Positions 18,942-27,938 of a stretch of DNA of 64,000 nt are shown in pieces. The stretch is taken from assembly GCA_963798095.1 (NCBI GenBank), contig CAWCSD010000024.1, positions 6,526 to 70,525 on the forward strand, written 5' to 3'. How positions within the stretch are numbered: the stretch's first letter is position 1; every line of letters starts with the position of its first letter. The notes beneath the pieces were generated by a model that did not search any database, was not told where the DNA came from, and was given only the letters and a program-made list of their open reading frames with translations. This DNA comes from an uncultured Alphaproteobacteria bacterium. Lineage in GTDB: Bacteria; Pseudomonadota; Alphaproteobacteria; Rhizobiales; Xanthobacteraceae. The position numbers and the translations under genes were made by a program.

Positions 18942-19727
18942 TTACCCGCCTTGCGGCGGCGTGCGGGTGTCGATCTGGTCGTAGGCGGCTTGCGCGATGT
19001 CATGGAGCTTGTCGCGTTCCGCCGGACCGCTGAGCACGTAAGCGACGTTTTGATCGACCCAGTAATAGGCGGCGGTCTGGTTGCCCGTGGTGTAGCGCAG
19101 CGCCATCTCGCGGTCGCTGGTGCGGCCGCAATAGAGCGTGAAGCGCTCGCCCGAGGGCCCCTCATACATGAAGAACGCCGTCGCTCCGTTCGGGCCGGGC
19201 AACAGCCGGCCGCCGACGAGTTTCAATCCCATGCGCTCGAGCTCTGGCGCGCGCAGCGGCGAGCCGAGCCGCTTCGACAGCCATTCGACGAGGTGCGGGC
19301 GCTGATCGCCGGGCACTTCGACCGGATGGCGGACTTCGACCACGTAGAGCCGATAGGCTTCGAGCGCGTCGGCGGTGAAGCGATCGAGGTCGGACGGCGA
19401 GGCGGCCTCGGCGCCACGCGCCAACCAGCCGGCGGCGCCGCCGGCGATGAAGGCGACGAACACGGCGGCAATGGCGGCCGCCATCCAGCCGCGGCGGTTG
19501 CGGGTCAATCGCTCGACCTGGAGCCGCTTCGGCGGCAATTCGCCGGCGACACCGCCGTAGCGCTTGCGAATGAGCTCGGCCTGGGCACGCCAAGCGGCGA
19601 CGCGGGCCGCGTCGTCGGCGTGCGCCGCAAGCCAAGCCTCGACCGCGCCGCGACGGTCGGCGGGCAGCTCGCCATCGACATAGGCGTGCAGTTCATCTTC
19701 GCTGATCATCTGGTCTCTGTCAGTCAT
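18942..19727 (-). CDS. Anti-sigma factor (zf-HC2-like N-terminus, single TM)
   Basis: ELHAYVDGELPADRRGAVEAWLAAH and TM segment WMAAAIAAVFVAFIAGGAAGW. Lies directly downstream of the ECF sigma gene. Confidence 0.75.
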   Translation of the reverse strand: MTDRDQMISEDELHAYVDGELPADRRGAVEAWLAAHADDAARVAAWRAQAELIRKRYGGVAGELPPKRLQVERLTRNRRGWMAAAIAAVFVAFIAGGAAGWLARGAEAASPSDLDRFTADALEAYRLYVVEVRHPVEVPGDQRPHLVEWLSKRLGSPLRAPELERMGLKLVGGRLLPGPNGATAFFMYEGPSGERFTLYCGRTSDREMALRYTTGNQTAAYYWVDQNVAYVLSGPAERDKLHDIAQAAYDQIDTRTPPQGG

Positions 19728-19738
19728 CGTTCGCTCTC

Positions 19739-20227
19739 TTATTTCACGCGGCGCAGCGCCGGGCGCTCGCCGTCGAGATAGGCCTTGATCTGCATACGCG
19801 CGCGGGCGAGTCGCGACATTACTGTTCCGATCGGCACGCCTTGCACTTCGGCAACTTCGCGATAGGTGAGCCCCTCAAGCACGACGAGGAGGAGCGCCGC
19901 GCGTTGATCCTCGGCGAGGTCGTCGAGCGCCCGGGCAATATCGCGGCTGCCGGTGTCCGGACCGGTCATCGGCGCGTCGCTGTCCTTGATCGGGGTCAAG
20001 ATCGGACGGCGCGACAATGAACGCAGCCGGTTGCGATTGAGATTGGTCAGGATCGTATAGAGCCATGCCCGCACGTCTCCATCGTGAAACAAATGCTCGG
20101 AACGCAACGCCCGCACCAGCGTGTCCTGGACGATATCGTCGGCGGTCTCGCTGTCGCGGGTCAGCGCCCGCGCATAGCGCCGCAGCGCCGGAATCGCGGC
20201 CTCGACCCGCTGCCGAAATTCAATCAA
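19739..20227 (-). CDS. ECF sigma factor
   Basis: Region 2 (DDIVQDTLVRAL) and region 4 (QRAALLLVVLEGLTYREVAEVQGVPIGTVMSRLARAR). Confidence 0.85.
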   Translation of the reverse strand: MIEFRQRVEAAIPALRRYARALTRDSETADDIVQDTLVRALRSEHLFHDGDVRAWLYTILTNLNRNRLRSLSRRPILTPIKDSDAPMTGPDTGSRDIARALDDLAEDQRAALLLVVLEGLTYREVAEVQGVPIGTVMSRLARARMQIKAYLDGERPALRRVK

Positions 20228-20392
20228 AGACTGGCTCCGTGCCCGATGCCGGAAACTTCAATCAAACCAACACCAATGCCCGCACTGTATTCCGCCCGCG
20301 CCAATGCGCCTCAGCCGGACACGCGCTTGCTGGCGCCCACGGGCCTATGCCATAGGAAGTCGGGTGGGGGAAGCCGCAACTGAGGTCAGGAA

Positions 20393-21211
20393 ATGCCGGA
20401 CATCTCGGGCCTCATGCGCGGTAAACGCGGCCTGGTCATGGGGGTCGCCAACCACCGCTCGCTCGGCTGGGGCATCGCCAAGGCCTGCCGAGGCCATGGC
20501 GCCGAACTGGCCTTTACCTATCAGGGCGATGCGCTGAAGAAGCGCGTCGAGCCGCTAGCCCAGGAGGTCGGCGGCATCGTGGTCGGCGATTGCGACGTAA
20601 CCGAGCCGGCAACCATCGATGCGGCCTTCGCCAAGCTGCAATCGGCCTGGGGTGCGATCGATTTCCTGGTCCACGCCATCGCGTTTTCCGACAAGGATCA
20701 GCTCGACGGCCGCTACGTCGACACCACGGCCGACAATTTCACCAAAACCATGCTGATCAGCTGCTACTCGTTCACCGCGATTGCGCAGCGCGCCGAGAAG
20801 ATGATGCCGAACGGCGGCGCCATGCTGACGCTGACTTATTATGGCTCGGAGAAATGGATGCCGCATTACAACGTGATGGGCGTTGCCAAATCCGCGCTCG
20901 AAGCGTCCGTGCGCTATCTCGCCGCCGACCTCGGCGTGAAGAATATCCGCGTCAACGCCATCTCGTCGGGACCGATCAAGACGCTCGCCGCCTCCGGCAT
21001 CGGCGACTTCCGCTATATCCTGAAATGGAACGAGTACAACGCGCCGCTCCGCCGCAGCGTCACCATCGAGGAAGTCGGCGAGGCTGGCGCCTATCTTCTC
21101 TCCGACATGTCGCGCGGCGTCACCGGCGAGGTGCACCACGTCGATGCCGGCTATCACGTGGTCGGCATGAAGCATCCCGACGCGCCGGATATCGACGTCG
21201 GCAAGGAGTGA
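20393..21211 (+). CDS. fabI: Enoyl-[acyl-carrier-protein] reductase (NADH)
   Basis: LMRGKRGLVMGVANHRSLGWGIAK, YYGSEKWMPHYNVMGVAKSALE, NAISSGPIKTLAASGI. Confidence 0.92.
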   Translation: MPDISGLMRGKRGLVMGVANHRSLGWGIAKACRGHGAELAFTYQGDALKKRVEPLAQEVGGIVVGDCDVTEPATIDAAFAKLQSAWGAIDFLVHAIAFSDKDQLDGRYVDTTADNFTKTMLISCYSFTAIAQRAEKMMPNGGAMLTLTYYGSEKWMPHYNVMGVAKSALEASVRYLAADLGVKNIRVNAISSGPIKTLAASGIGDFRYILKWNEYNAPLRRSVTIEEVGEAGAYLLSDMSRGVTGEVHHVDAGYHVVGMKHPDAPDIDVGKE

Positions 21212-21236
21212 GGCTCGGGCGCAGGGCCGATCGATC

Positions 21237-21830
21237 ATGCCGGTCCTTTATTTCATCCGACACGGCGAAACCGACTTCAACGTCGCGCGGCGCCTGCAGG
21301 GCCGTTCCGAGACCAGCCTGAACGCCCGCGGCTGGACGCAGAGCCGGGAATATGCCGGCGTGTTGCGCGATTTGTTCGAGCGCGACCGGCATCGGCCATC
21401 CGATTACGCCTATGTGTCGAGCCCGCTGTTGCGTGCCCGGGAAACCATGGAGCTTCTGCGTTCAGAGCTCGGCCTCGATCCAAGCGCCTATGCGGTCGAC
21501 GACCGGCTTGCGGAAATCGCCTACGGCGAGTGGGAGGGTTTTACGCTTGCGGAAATCCAGGCGCGCGATCCGGGCGTGCTGCAACGGCGCGAGCGCGACA
21601 AGTGGGATTTTCGGCCGCCCGGTGGCGAGTCCTACCGCGAAGTCGCGGAGCGTGTCGCCGCCTGGTACGCGACGGTGACGCGCGATACGGTCATTGCCGC
21701 GCACGGCGGCGTGGCACGCGCGCTGATGGCGAACTTCCACATTCTGCCGGAAGAGGAAGCGACACACGCCGACATTCTGCACGGCGTCGTGTACGTGTTC
21801 GACGACGGCACGTTGGCTCGGTACAGCTAG
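21237..21830 (+). CDS. Histidine phosphatase family protein (phosphoglycerate-mutase-like)
   Basis: Catalytic RHGETDFN motif at the N-terminus and a later AHGG motif. Confidence 0.8.
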   Translation: MPVLYFIRHGETDFNVARRLQGRSETSLNARGWTQSREYAGVLRDLFERDRHRPSDYAYVSSPLLRARETMELLRSELGLDPSAYAVDDRLAEIAYGEWEGFTLAEIQARDPGVLQRRERDKWDFRPPGGESYREVAERVAAWYATVTRDTVIAAHGGVARALMANFHILPEEEATHADILHGVVYVFDDGTLARYS

Positions 21831-21867
21831 ATAAAACGAAAGCGGCCGAACCTCGGTCCCGGCCGCT
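21831..21867. terminator. Hairpin between convergent transcripts (possible bidirectional terminator)
   Basis: AGCGGCCG-11 nt-CGGCCGCT at 21841..21867. The T-rich tract is only on the minus-strand side (TTCGTTTTAT). Confidence 0.4.
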
Positions 21868-21879
21868 CAATCTTCCCCG

Positions 21880-21917
21880 CAAAAATGGAAACGGCCGGAC
21901 TTGGGTCCAGCCGTTCC
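21880..21917 (-). terminator. Rho-independent terminator (minus strand)
   Basis: Minus strand reads GGAACGGCTGGAC-ccaa-GTCCGGCCGTTTCC followed by ATTTTT. Confidence 0.55.
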
Positions 21918-21994
21918 TCGAAGCACCGTGTCGGCGCCTCGCGAAAACCGAAGATGACGGCGCTGCCCCAATACGAGGCCCGCGCTCGCGTCAT

Positions 21995-22033
21995 TTACTT
22001 CGTCTTCTTCTTGGCCTTTTTCTTCTTCGCCAT
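21995..22033 (-). CDS. Candidate 12-codon lysine-rich mini-ORF (MAKKKKAKKKTK)
   Basis: ATG with AAGGA 8 nt upstream. Two hairpin terminators lie downstream on the same strand. Too short for any homology argument. Confidence 0.25.
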   Translation of the reverse strand: MAKKKKAKKKTK

Positions 22034-22519
22034 TGTCAGCATCCTTGGTGTTTGTGTTGATCCGGCGGCAGGTTGAGTTCTAGCAATTCAGCGGTTTCTC
22101 GGTCCCCTGGGCCATCGCCCCCCTTGCCACCAATAAGGATGCCACAGGATGGTTTTTCCCGCAATAGGAAAATCGAAAAAAACCTTTATTTTTCCGTGGC
22201 TTAACGGATGTTCAGGTTGCCATTAACCATCGTTCAGCGAGATGAATGCGAAATGAACGATCTGCGACAAGCGCCGTGAAAACTTGCTCACTCGATCGGC
22301 ACGGATTCGCGCTCGCAAAAGAATAATGCAGATTATTCCGCCGTTGCGCATGCCGCGATGCAAAAAACGGCGCGATGGCGCGCGTCATGCTGCAGGCGCG
22401 AACGCATTTGACCCGATGATAGGCGCGGGCTACCAAACCCGGCACGTCCTTGTCCCAAGCCATTCAGCGTCGATCCGCGTCATTGGCGCACGAAGTCGTA
22501 CAACGCGAAGCCCTGCACG

Positions 22520-23644
22520 ATGTCGTTCAATACGTTCGGCCATATGTTCCGGGTGACGACCTTCGGCGAGAGCCACGGGCCGGCGATCGGCTGCGTGGTC
22601 GACGGCTGCCCGCCGCGCATTGCGCTGACCGAGGCCGACATCCAGCCCTATCTCGATAAGCGGCGGCCCGGGCAATCGCGCTTCACCACCCAGCGCCAGG
22701 AGCCGGACGCGGTGAAAATCCTGTCCGGCGTGTTCGTCGACGAAGCCAGCGGCCAACAGGTGACGACCGGGACGCCGATCGCGCTGATCATCGATAATGT
22801 CGATCAGCGCTCGAAGGACTATTCCGACATCAAGGACAAGTATCGGCCCGGTCACGCCGACTACACTTACGACGTCAAATACGGCCTGCGCGATTATCGC
22901 GGCGGCGGCCGGCAATCGGCGCGCGAGACGGCGACGCGGGTTGCGGCCGGCGCCATCGCGCGGAAAATCGTGCCGGATCTCAACGTGCGCGGCGCACTGG
23001 TGCAAATGGGCCCGCACCGGATCGATCGCGCCAAGTGGGACTGGGCCGAAGTCGAGCGCAATGCGTTCTTCTGTCCCGATGCCGGCAAGGCTGCGTTCTT
23101 TGCCGACTATCTCGACGGCGTGCGCAAGGCCGGCTCGTCGGTCGGCGCGGTGATCGAAATCGTCGCCGACGGCGTGCCGGCGGGGCTGGGCGCGCCGATC
23201 TACGGCAAGCTCGACGGCGATCTGGCCGCGGCGCTGATGGGCATCAACGCGGTCAAGGGCGTCGAGATCGGCGCCGGTTTCGGCGCGGCCGAGCTGTCCG
23301 GCGAAGAGAACGGCGACGAAATGCGCATGGGCAACGACGGTAAGCCGATCTTCCTGTCCAATAATGCCGGCGGCATTTTGGGCGGCATTTCCACCGGCCA
23401 ACCGGTGGTAGCGCGCTTTGCCGTCAAGCCGACGTCCTCGATCCTCACCCCGCGCCGTACCGTCGACCGTTACGGCCACGAGACCGAAATCTCGACCAAA
23501 GGCCGTCACGATCCGTGCGTCGGCATTCGCGCCGTGCCCATTGGCGAGGCCATGGTGGCGTGCGTGATCGCGGATCATTATCTACGTCAGCGCGGTCAGG
23601 CCGGCGACAGTCCGGCGTGGCCGTTTGCGCCGCCGGCGCGCTGA
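22520..23644 (+). CDS. aroC: Chorismate synthase
   Basis: [49 protein letters not shown]. Confidence 0.95.
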   Translation: MSFNTFGHMFRVTTFGESHGPAIGCVVDGCPPRIALTEADIQPYLDKRRPGQSRFTTQRQEPDAVKILSGVFVDEASGQQVTTGTPIALIIDNVDQRSKDYSDIKDKYRPGHADYTYDVKYGLRDYRGGGRQSARETATRVAAGAIARKIVPDLNVRGALVQMGPHRIDRAKWDWAEVERNAFFCPDAGKAAFFADYLDGVRKAGSSVGAVIEIVADGVPAGLGAPIYGKLDGDLAAALMGINAVKGVEIGAGFGAAELSGEENGDEMRMGNDGKPIFLSNNAGGILGGISTGQPVVARFAVKPTSSILTPRRTVDRYGHETEISTKGRHDPCVGIRAVPIGEAMVACVIADHYLRQRGQAGDSPAWPFAPPAR

Positions 23645-23674
23645 AGGCGCCATCGCAAAGGCATCAGGGGCGAG

Positions 23675-24772
23675 ATGGAAGACGCGCATCAACGGATCCA
23701 GGCTGCCGTCGCCGCCTTTGCGCGCGGCGAAATCCTCATCGTTGCCGACGACGACGACCGCGAGAACGAAGGCGACCTGTTCGTCGCGGCGAGCCTGTGC
23801 ACGCCGGAAAAGATGGCCTTCATCATCCGCAACACGTCGGGCATCGTCTGTGCGCCGCTGGCGCCCGAGGAGGCGCGGCGCCTGCATCTCGACCCGATGG
23901 TGGCGCTCAACGACGCGCCGCTCGGCACGGCATTCACCGTCTCGGTCGACGTGCGCCACGGTCTTAGCACCGGCATTTCCGCGGAAGAGCGCACCAACAC
24001 CGTGCGCGCGCTCGCCAACGGCAATAGCGGGGCTGCGGATTTCGTGCGGCCCGGCCACGTCTTTCCGCTGGTGGCGAAGGAGGGCGGCGTGCTGATGCGC
24101 TCCGGTCACACGGAAGCTTGCGTCGACCTGTGCCGGCTCGCCGGCTTGGCACCGGTCGGCGTGCTTTCCGAGCTGATGAACGACGACGGTACGGTGATGC
24201 GCGGCCCTGAACTTGCCGCCTTTGCCGAGAAGCACAAGCTGCAGCGCATCTCAATCTCGGAATTGATTGCCTACCGCCAGACCCGCGACAAGCTGATCGA
24301 GCGCGCCGGCGAGTTTCCCGTCGAATCCGAGATCGGCACGCTGACCGGCTACGCCTTTCTGACGCCGTTCGATGCGGTCTATCACATGGCCTTCGTCCAC
24401 GGCCAAATCGGCGACGGCAAGAACATGCTGACGCGGCTGCATCGCGCCAACATTATTTCCGATGTGTTTGGTGGCGCCAAGCCGATCCACCGCACGCTGG
24501 CTCGCTTCAAGGCCGAGGGCAGGGGCGTGCTGGTGCTGCTGCGCGACGGCACTGCCGGCGTACCGGTCGTGTCGATACCGAAATCCGGCGACACCGCGTC
24601 CGAGGAGGCGCGCACCCGGCAGTGGCGCGAGATCGGGCTGGGCGCTCAGATCCTCAAGGACCTGGGCGTCAATTCCATCCGGCTGCTGACCTCATCGCGC
24701 CGTATGACCTATGTCGGCCTGTCCGGCTTCGGCATCGAGATCGCAGGAACGGAGCCGATCGACGGATCATGA
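23675..24772 (+). CDS. ribB: 3,4-dihydroxy-2-butanone-4-phosphate synthase with a C-terminal GTP-cyclohydrolase-II-like domain
   Basis: RENEGDLFVAAS, RPGHVFPL, GGVLMRSGHTEA. 365 aa. Confidence 0.85.
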   Translation: MEDAHQRIQAAVAAFARGEILIVADDDDRENEGDLFVAASLCTPEKMAFIIRNTSGIVCAPLAPEEARRLHLDPMVALNDAPLGTAFTVSVDVRHGLSTGISAEERTNTVRALANGNSGAADFVRPGHVFPLVAKEGGVLMRSGHTEACVDLCRLAGLAPVGVLSELMNDDGTVMRGPELAAFAEKHKLQRISISELIAYRQTRDKLIERAGEFPVESEIGTLTGYAFLTPFDAVYHMAFVHGQIGDGKNMLTRLHRANIISDVFGGAKPIHRTLARFKAEGRGVLVLLRDGTAGVPVVSIPKSGDTASEEARTRQWREIGLGAQILKDLGVNSIRLLTSSRRMTYVGLSGFGIEIAGTEPIDGS

Positions 24773-25410
24773 TCGCCGCGGCACGACGGTTGCAAGCAAT
24801 GGAGGGCGAAGTGACAAGCATCGTTTCTCGAATTCGCACTGTTATGGCCATCGTCGCTTTCGGCCTGACTTTGTCGGCTTGCGGCTACAACACCATCCCG
24901 ACGCTCGAAGAGCAGGCCAAGGCGCGCTGGGCCGACGTGCAGAACCAATATCAGCGCCGCGCCGACCTCATTCCCAATCTGGTGGCGACGGTGCAGGGTT
25001 ATGCCGCTCAGGAAAAGAACGTGCTGACCGCCGTGGTCGAGGCGCGCGCCAAGGCGACGCAGATCAAGCTCGACGCTTCCGACCTGACCGATCCCGCCAA
25101 GCTCAAGGCGTTCCAGGACGCGCAAAACCAATTGACCGGCGTGCTCGGCCGTCTCTTGGCGGTCACCGAGAACTATCCGGACCTGAAATCCAACGCCAAC
25201 TTCCTGGCGCTGCAGTCGCAGCTCGAAGGTACCGAGAACCGCATCGCGGTGGCGCGGCGCGACTACATCGACGCTGTGCGCGCCTACAATACGGCGCTGC
25301 GCACGTTCCCGACCGTGCTGTGGGCGAAGACCGCGTTCTCGGCCAACAAGCCGATGGCGGAATTCGCCGCGTCCGAGGGCGCGGCAACGCCGCCGCAGGT
25401 AAAATTCTGA
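24769..25410 (+). CDS. LemA family protein
   Basis: CGYNTIPTLEEQAKARWADVQNQYQRRADLIPNLV...ENYPDLKSNANFLALQSQLEGTENRIAVARRDY. The ATG at 24769 overlaps the ribB stop (ATGA); later ATGs (MEGEV, MAIVAF) are possible starts. Confidence 0.85.
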   Translation: MIAAARRLQAMEGEVTSIVSRIRTVMAIVAFGLTLSACGYNTIPTLEEQAKARWADVQNQYQRRADLIPNLVATVQGYAAQEKNVLTAVVEARAKATQIKLDASDLTDPAKLKAFQDAQNQLTGVLGRLLAVTENYPDLKSNANFLALQSQLEGTENRIAVARRDYIDAVRAYNTALRTFPTVLWAKTAFSANKPMAEFAASEGAATPPQVKF

Positions 25411-25425
25411 TCGCCGGGCGCTGAC

Positions 25426-26211
25426 ATGCATGCGTTGCTGCGAGGCCTAGCGCTGGCTTGCTGCCTGGTCACGGCGGCCTTCGCGCTCGATTTTCCGCAG
25501 CTCACCGGGCGCGTCGTCGATCAGGCGGACGTCATGTCGGTGGACAGCCGCAGCGCCATCGAGGCGAAGCTGAAGGACCTCGAAGACAAGTCCGGCATCC
25601 AGCTCGTCGTCGCCACGGTGAAATCGCTCCAGGGTAGCGACATCGAGACCTATGCCAATCAGCTGTTCCGCACTTGGAAGCTCGGCCAGGCGCAAAAAAA
25701 CAATGGCGTGCTTCTCCTCGTGGCGCCGGCCGAGCACAAGGTCCGCATCGAGGTCGGCTACGGCCTCGAAGGCACGCTGACCGATGCCTTGTCGTCAGTC
25801 ATCATTTCGAGCGCCATCGTGCCGCGCTTCAAGGCCAACGATTATTCCGGCGGCATCGAACGCGGCGTCGACGGCATCGTCAGCGTGCTCAACGGCGACA
25901 CCACCGATTGGCAGCCGAAAGTCGATGTCCGCGAAGACAGCCCGGCGCATGTCTTCAATGCCCTGTTCCCGATCCTGTTCTTCCTGTTCTTCGTCCTCGT
26001 TTTCAGGTTCATGGTCGGCCCGATGCGCGGCACGCCGTCGGGACACTATGTCCGACGCAACGGACAGCTCGTTTTCGTGCCCTATACCGGGTCGAGTTGG
26101 AGTTCGGGCTCGGGCTCGGGTTGGAGCGGCGGCGGAGGCTTTTCCGGCGGCGGTGGGTTCTCCGGCGGCGGTGGTTCGTCGGGCGGCGGCGGCGCATCGG
26201 GAGGCTGGTGA
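25426..26211 (+). CDS. TPM-domain protein (YgcG-like) with a Gly/Ser-rich tail
   Basis: Signal peptide, LTGRVVDQADVMS...IQLVVATVKSL, TM segment, tail GGGFSGGGGFSGGGGSSGGGGASGG. Confidence 0.8.
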   Translation: MHALLRGLALACCLVTAAFALDFPQLTGRVVDQADVMSVDSRSAIEAKLKDLEDKSGIQLVVATVKSLQGSDIETYANQLFRTWKLGQAQKNNGVLLLVAPAEHKVRIEVGYGLEGTLTDALSSVIISSAIVPRFKANDYSGGIERGVDGIVSVLNGDTTDWQPKVDVREDSPAHVFNALFPILFFLFFVLVFRFMVGPMRGTPSGHYVRRNGQLVFVPYTGSSWSSGSGSGWSGGGGFSGGGGFSGGGGSSGGGGASGGW

Positions 26212-26819
26212 TGCACCTTACACTGGAGGACCACGCTGCGATCTCGGCCGCTATCGCGGAAGCTGAGAAGCGAACCTGTGGGCAGATCGTATGCGTGCTC
26301 GCGCACGCATCCTCGGACTATGCCTATATCCCGATCCTGTGGGCCAGCACGCTGGCGCTGCTTTTACCCTGGCCGCTGATCTATTTCACGCACTGGAGCG
26401 TGCAAAAGATCTTTCTGCTGCAGCTTGTCGGCTTCATCGTTGCCGGCATCATTTTTTCTTGGACGCCGTTACGCATGATGTTCGTGCCACGTCCGCTGCG
26501 GCGGGCGCAGGCGCACCGCTCCGCGCTTGAGCAATTCGTCGTGCGCCGGATCGCCAACACCAAGAATCGCTGCGGCGTGCTCATTTTCGTGTCGCTGGCG
26601 GAGCATTACGCGCGCATCATCGCCGACGATGGCGTCGCGCAGAAAGTGCACAATGCCGAGTGGCAGGCCGCCATCGATGCGCTGACCGGCCATATGCGCG
26701 ACGGCCGCATCGCCGCCGGCTTCATTGCCGCCATCGAGCGCTGCGGCGCGGTGCTCGCCACTCACGCGCCGCCCGACGGCTCGTCGAATGCCCTGCCGGA
26801 TCGCCTTTACGTCATGTAG
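26211..26819 (+). CDS. TPM-domain membrane protein
   Basis: HAAISAAIAEAEKRTCGQIVCVLA, two TM segments. The ATG at 26211 shares one nt with the upstream TGA. Confidence 0.7.
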   Translation: MHLTLEDHAAISAAIAEAEKRTCGQIVCVLAHASSDYAYIPILWASTLALLLPWPLIYFTHWSVQKIFLLQLVGFIVAGIIFSWTPLRMMFVPRPLRRAQAHRSALEQFVVRRIANTKNRCGVLIFVSLAEHYARIIADDGVAQKVHNAEWQAAIDALTGHMRDGRIAAGFIAAIERCGAVLATHAPPDGSSNALPDRLYVM

Positions 26820-26839
26820 CGCGTACTATCACGAGCGAG

Positions 26840-27682
26840 ATGCGCGGACTCGCGGCCATTGTTTTCACGATATTCGCGGCGTTCATCGCGGCGGCGGCCC
26901 TTGCTTTCAGCAGCCGCGCGGCTCCTGTCGCTGCGCCGAAATTCGCGCAAGGCACGGCCATGGCAGTCGATACCGAGCTCGTGCTCGCCGTCGACGTGTC
27001 CTATTCCATGGACCCCGATGAGCAGGCGCTGCAACGTGAAGGGTACGTCCAGGCTCTGATGTCGCGCGAGTTCATGCAGGCGCTGAAACTCGGCACCAAT
27101 GGCCGCGTCGCCATCACCTATTTCGAATGGGCCAATGTCAGCGACCAGAAAATCCTATTGCCGTGGCGGCTGATCGACGGGCCGGAAGCGGCAGACGCGG
27201 TCGCCGCCGAGCTTGCCGCCGCGCCATACCGGCGCGCGTCGCGCACGTCAATCTCGGGCGGCCTGACGTTCGGACAATCGCTGTTCGCGTCGAGCGGCTA
27301 TCAGGGCCTGCGCAAGGTCATCGACGTGTCGGGCGATGGCGCCAACAACAACGGTCCGCCGGTGACGCTGGTCCGCGACGAGGTGCTGGCCAAAGGCACA
27401 ACGATCAACGGCCTGCCGATCATGCTCAAGAAGCCCAATCTGATGACCATGGATATCGAGGATCTCGACATCTATTATGAGGATTGCGTGATCGGCGGTC
27501 CCGGCGCCTTCGTGATCCCGATCAGGGAGCGCGAGAAATTCACCGAAGCCATCCGCACCAAGCTGGTGCAGGAAGTCGCTGGCCTCCCGCCCGCGCCGCA
27601 GGCCGTGCCGGTGGCCGCGAATGCGCCGCGCATCTCCTGCGCCATCGGCGAGCAGAAGTGGCGCGAGCGCTGGGGTAATTGA
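26840..27682 (+). CDS. DUF1194 (vWA-like) secreted protein
   Basis: Signal/TM N-terminus. LVLAVDVSYSMDPDEQALQREGY, VIDVSGDGANNNG, TINGLPI. Confidence 0.75.
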   Translation: MRGLAAIVFTIFAAFIAAAALAFSSRAAPVAAPKFAQGTAMAVDTELVLAVDVSYSMDPDEQALQREGYVQALMSREFMQALKLGTNGRVAITYFEWANVSDQKILLPWRLIDGPEAADAVAAELAAAPYRRASRTSISGGLTFGQSLFASSGYQGLRKVIDVSGDGANNNGPPVTLVRDEVLAKGTTINGLPIMLKKPNLMTMDIEDLDIYYEDCVIGGPGAFVIPIREREKFTEAIRTKLVQEVAGLPPAPQAVPVAANAPRISCAIGEQKWRERWGN

Positions 27683-27695
27683 AGCGGGCGGACGG

Positions 27696-27863
27696 TCAGA
27701 AGCCGGCAAACTGGCTGCGATAGACGTTCTTGCAGTGATCGAGCCGTGCGCTCAGCCGCTTGGCGTCGTCGTGCAAGCCGGCCCGCTCGGCGGCGCCGAT
27801 CGCCATCGCGAAGTAGTCCTTGAGATCGCTATAGCAGGCCGCCGGCGAGCGGGCATCGTACAT
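27696..27863 (-). CDS. Small hypothetical protein; minimal version from the internal ATG
   Basis: The frame stays open up to 27938 (…HSDEDSRKEVAKYEALAETAYNE-MYDARSPAAC…VYRSQFAGF) but has no ATG/GTG/TTG before 27863. See findings. Confidence 0.3.
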   Translation of the reverse strand: MYDARSPAACYSDLKDYFAMAIGAAERAGLHDDAKRLSARLDHCKNVYRSQFAGF

Positions 27864-27938
27864 TTCGTTGTAGGCGGTCTCGGCCAGCGCCTCGTATTTG
27901 GCGACCTCCTTTCGGCTGTCCTCGTCCGAATGCCGCCA

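Noticed and set aside
20228-20392. GGAAAC...N16-17 motif, considered as an ECF-type promoter between the second ECF operon and fabI.
   Set aside because: Its orientation points toward fabI rather than the ECF operon, and no matching -10 element (CGT/GTC type) is present at the right spacing.
23645-23674. Expected FMN (RFN) riboswitch upstream of ribB.
   Set aside because: Only 30 nt separate aroC from ribB, far too short for an RFN element, and none of its conserved stems is visible.
26095-26205. Short tandem nucleotide repeats (GGCGGCGG / GGTTC...), considered as a possible CRISPR-like or satellite array.
   Set aside because: They are the coding sequence of the Gly/Ser-rich tail of the TPM protein (GGGFSGGGGFSGGGGSSGGGG). 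There are no spacers of unique sequence and no cas genes.
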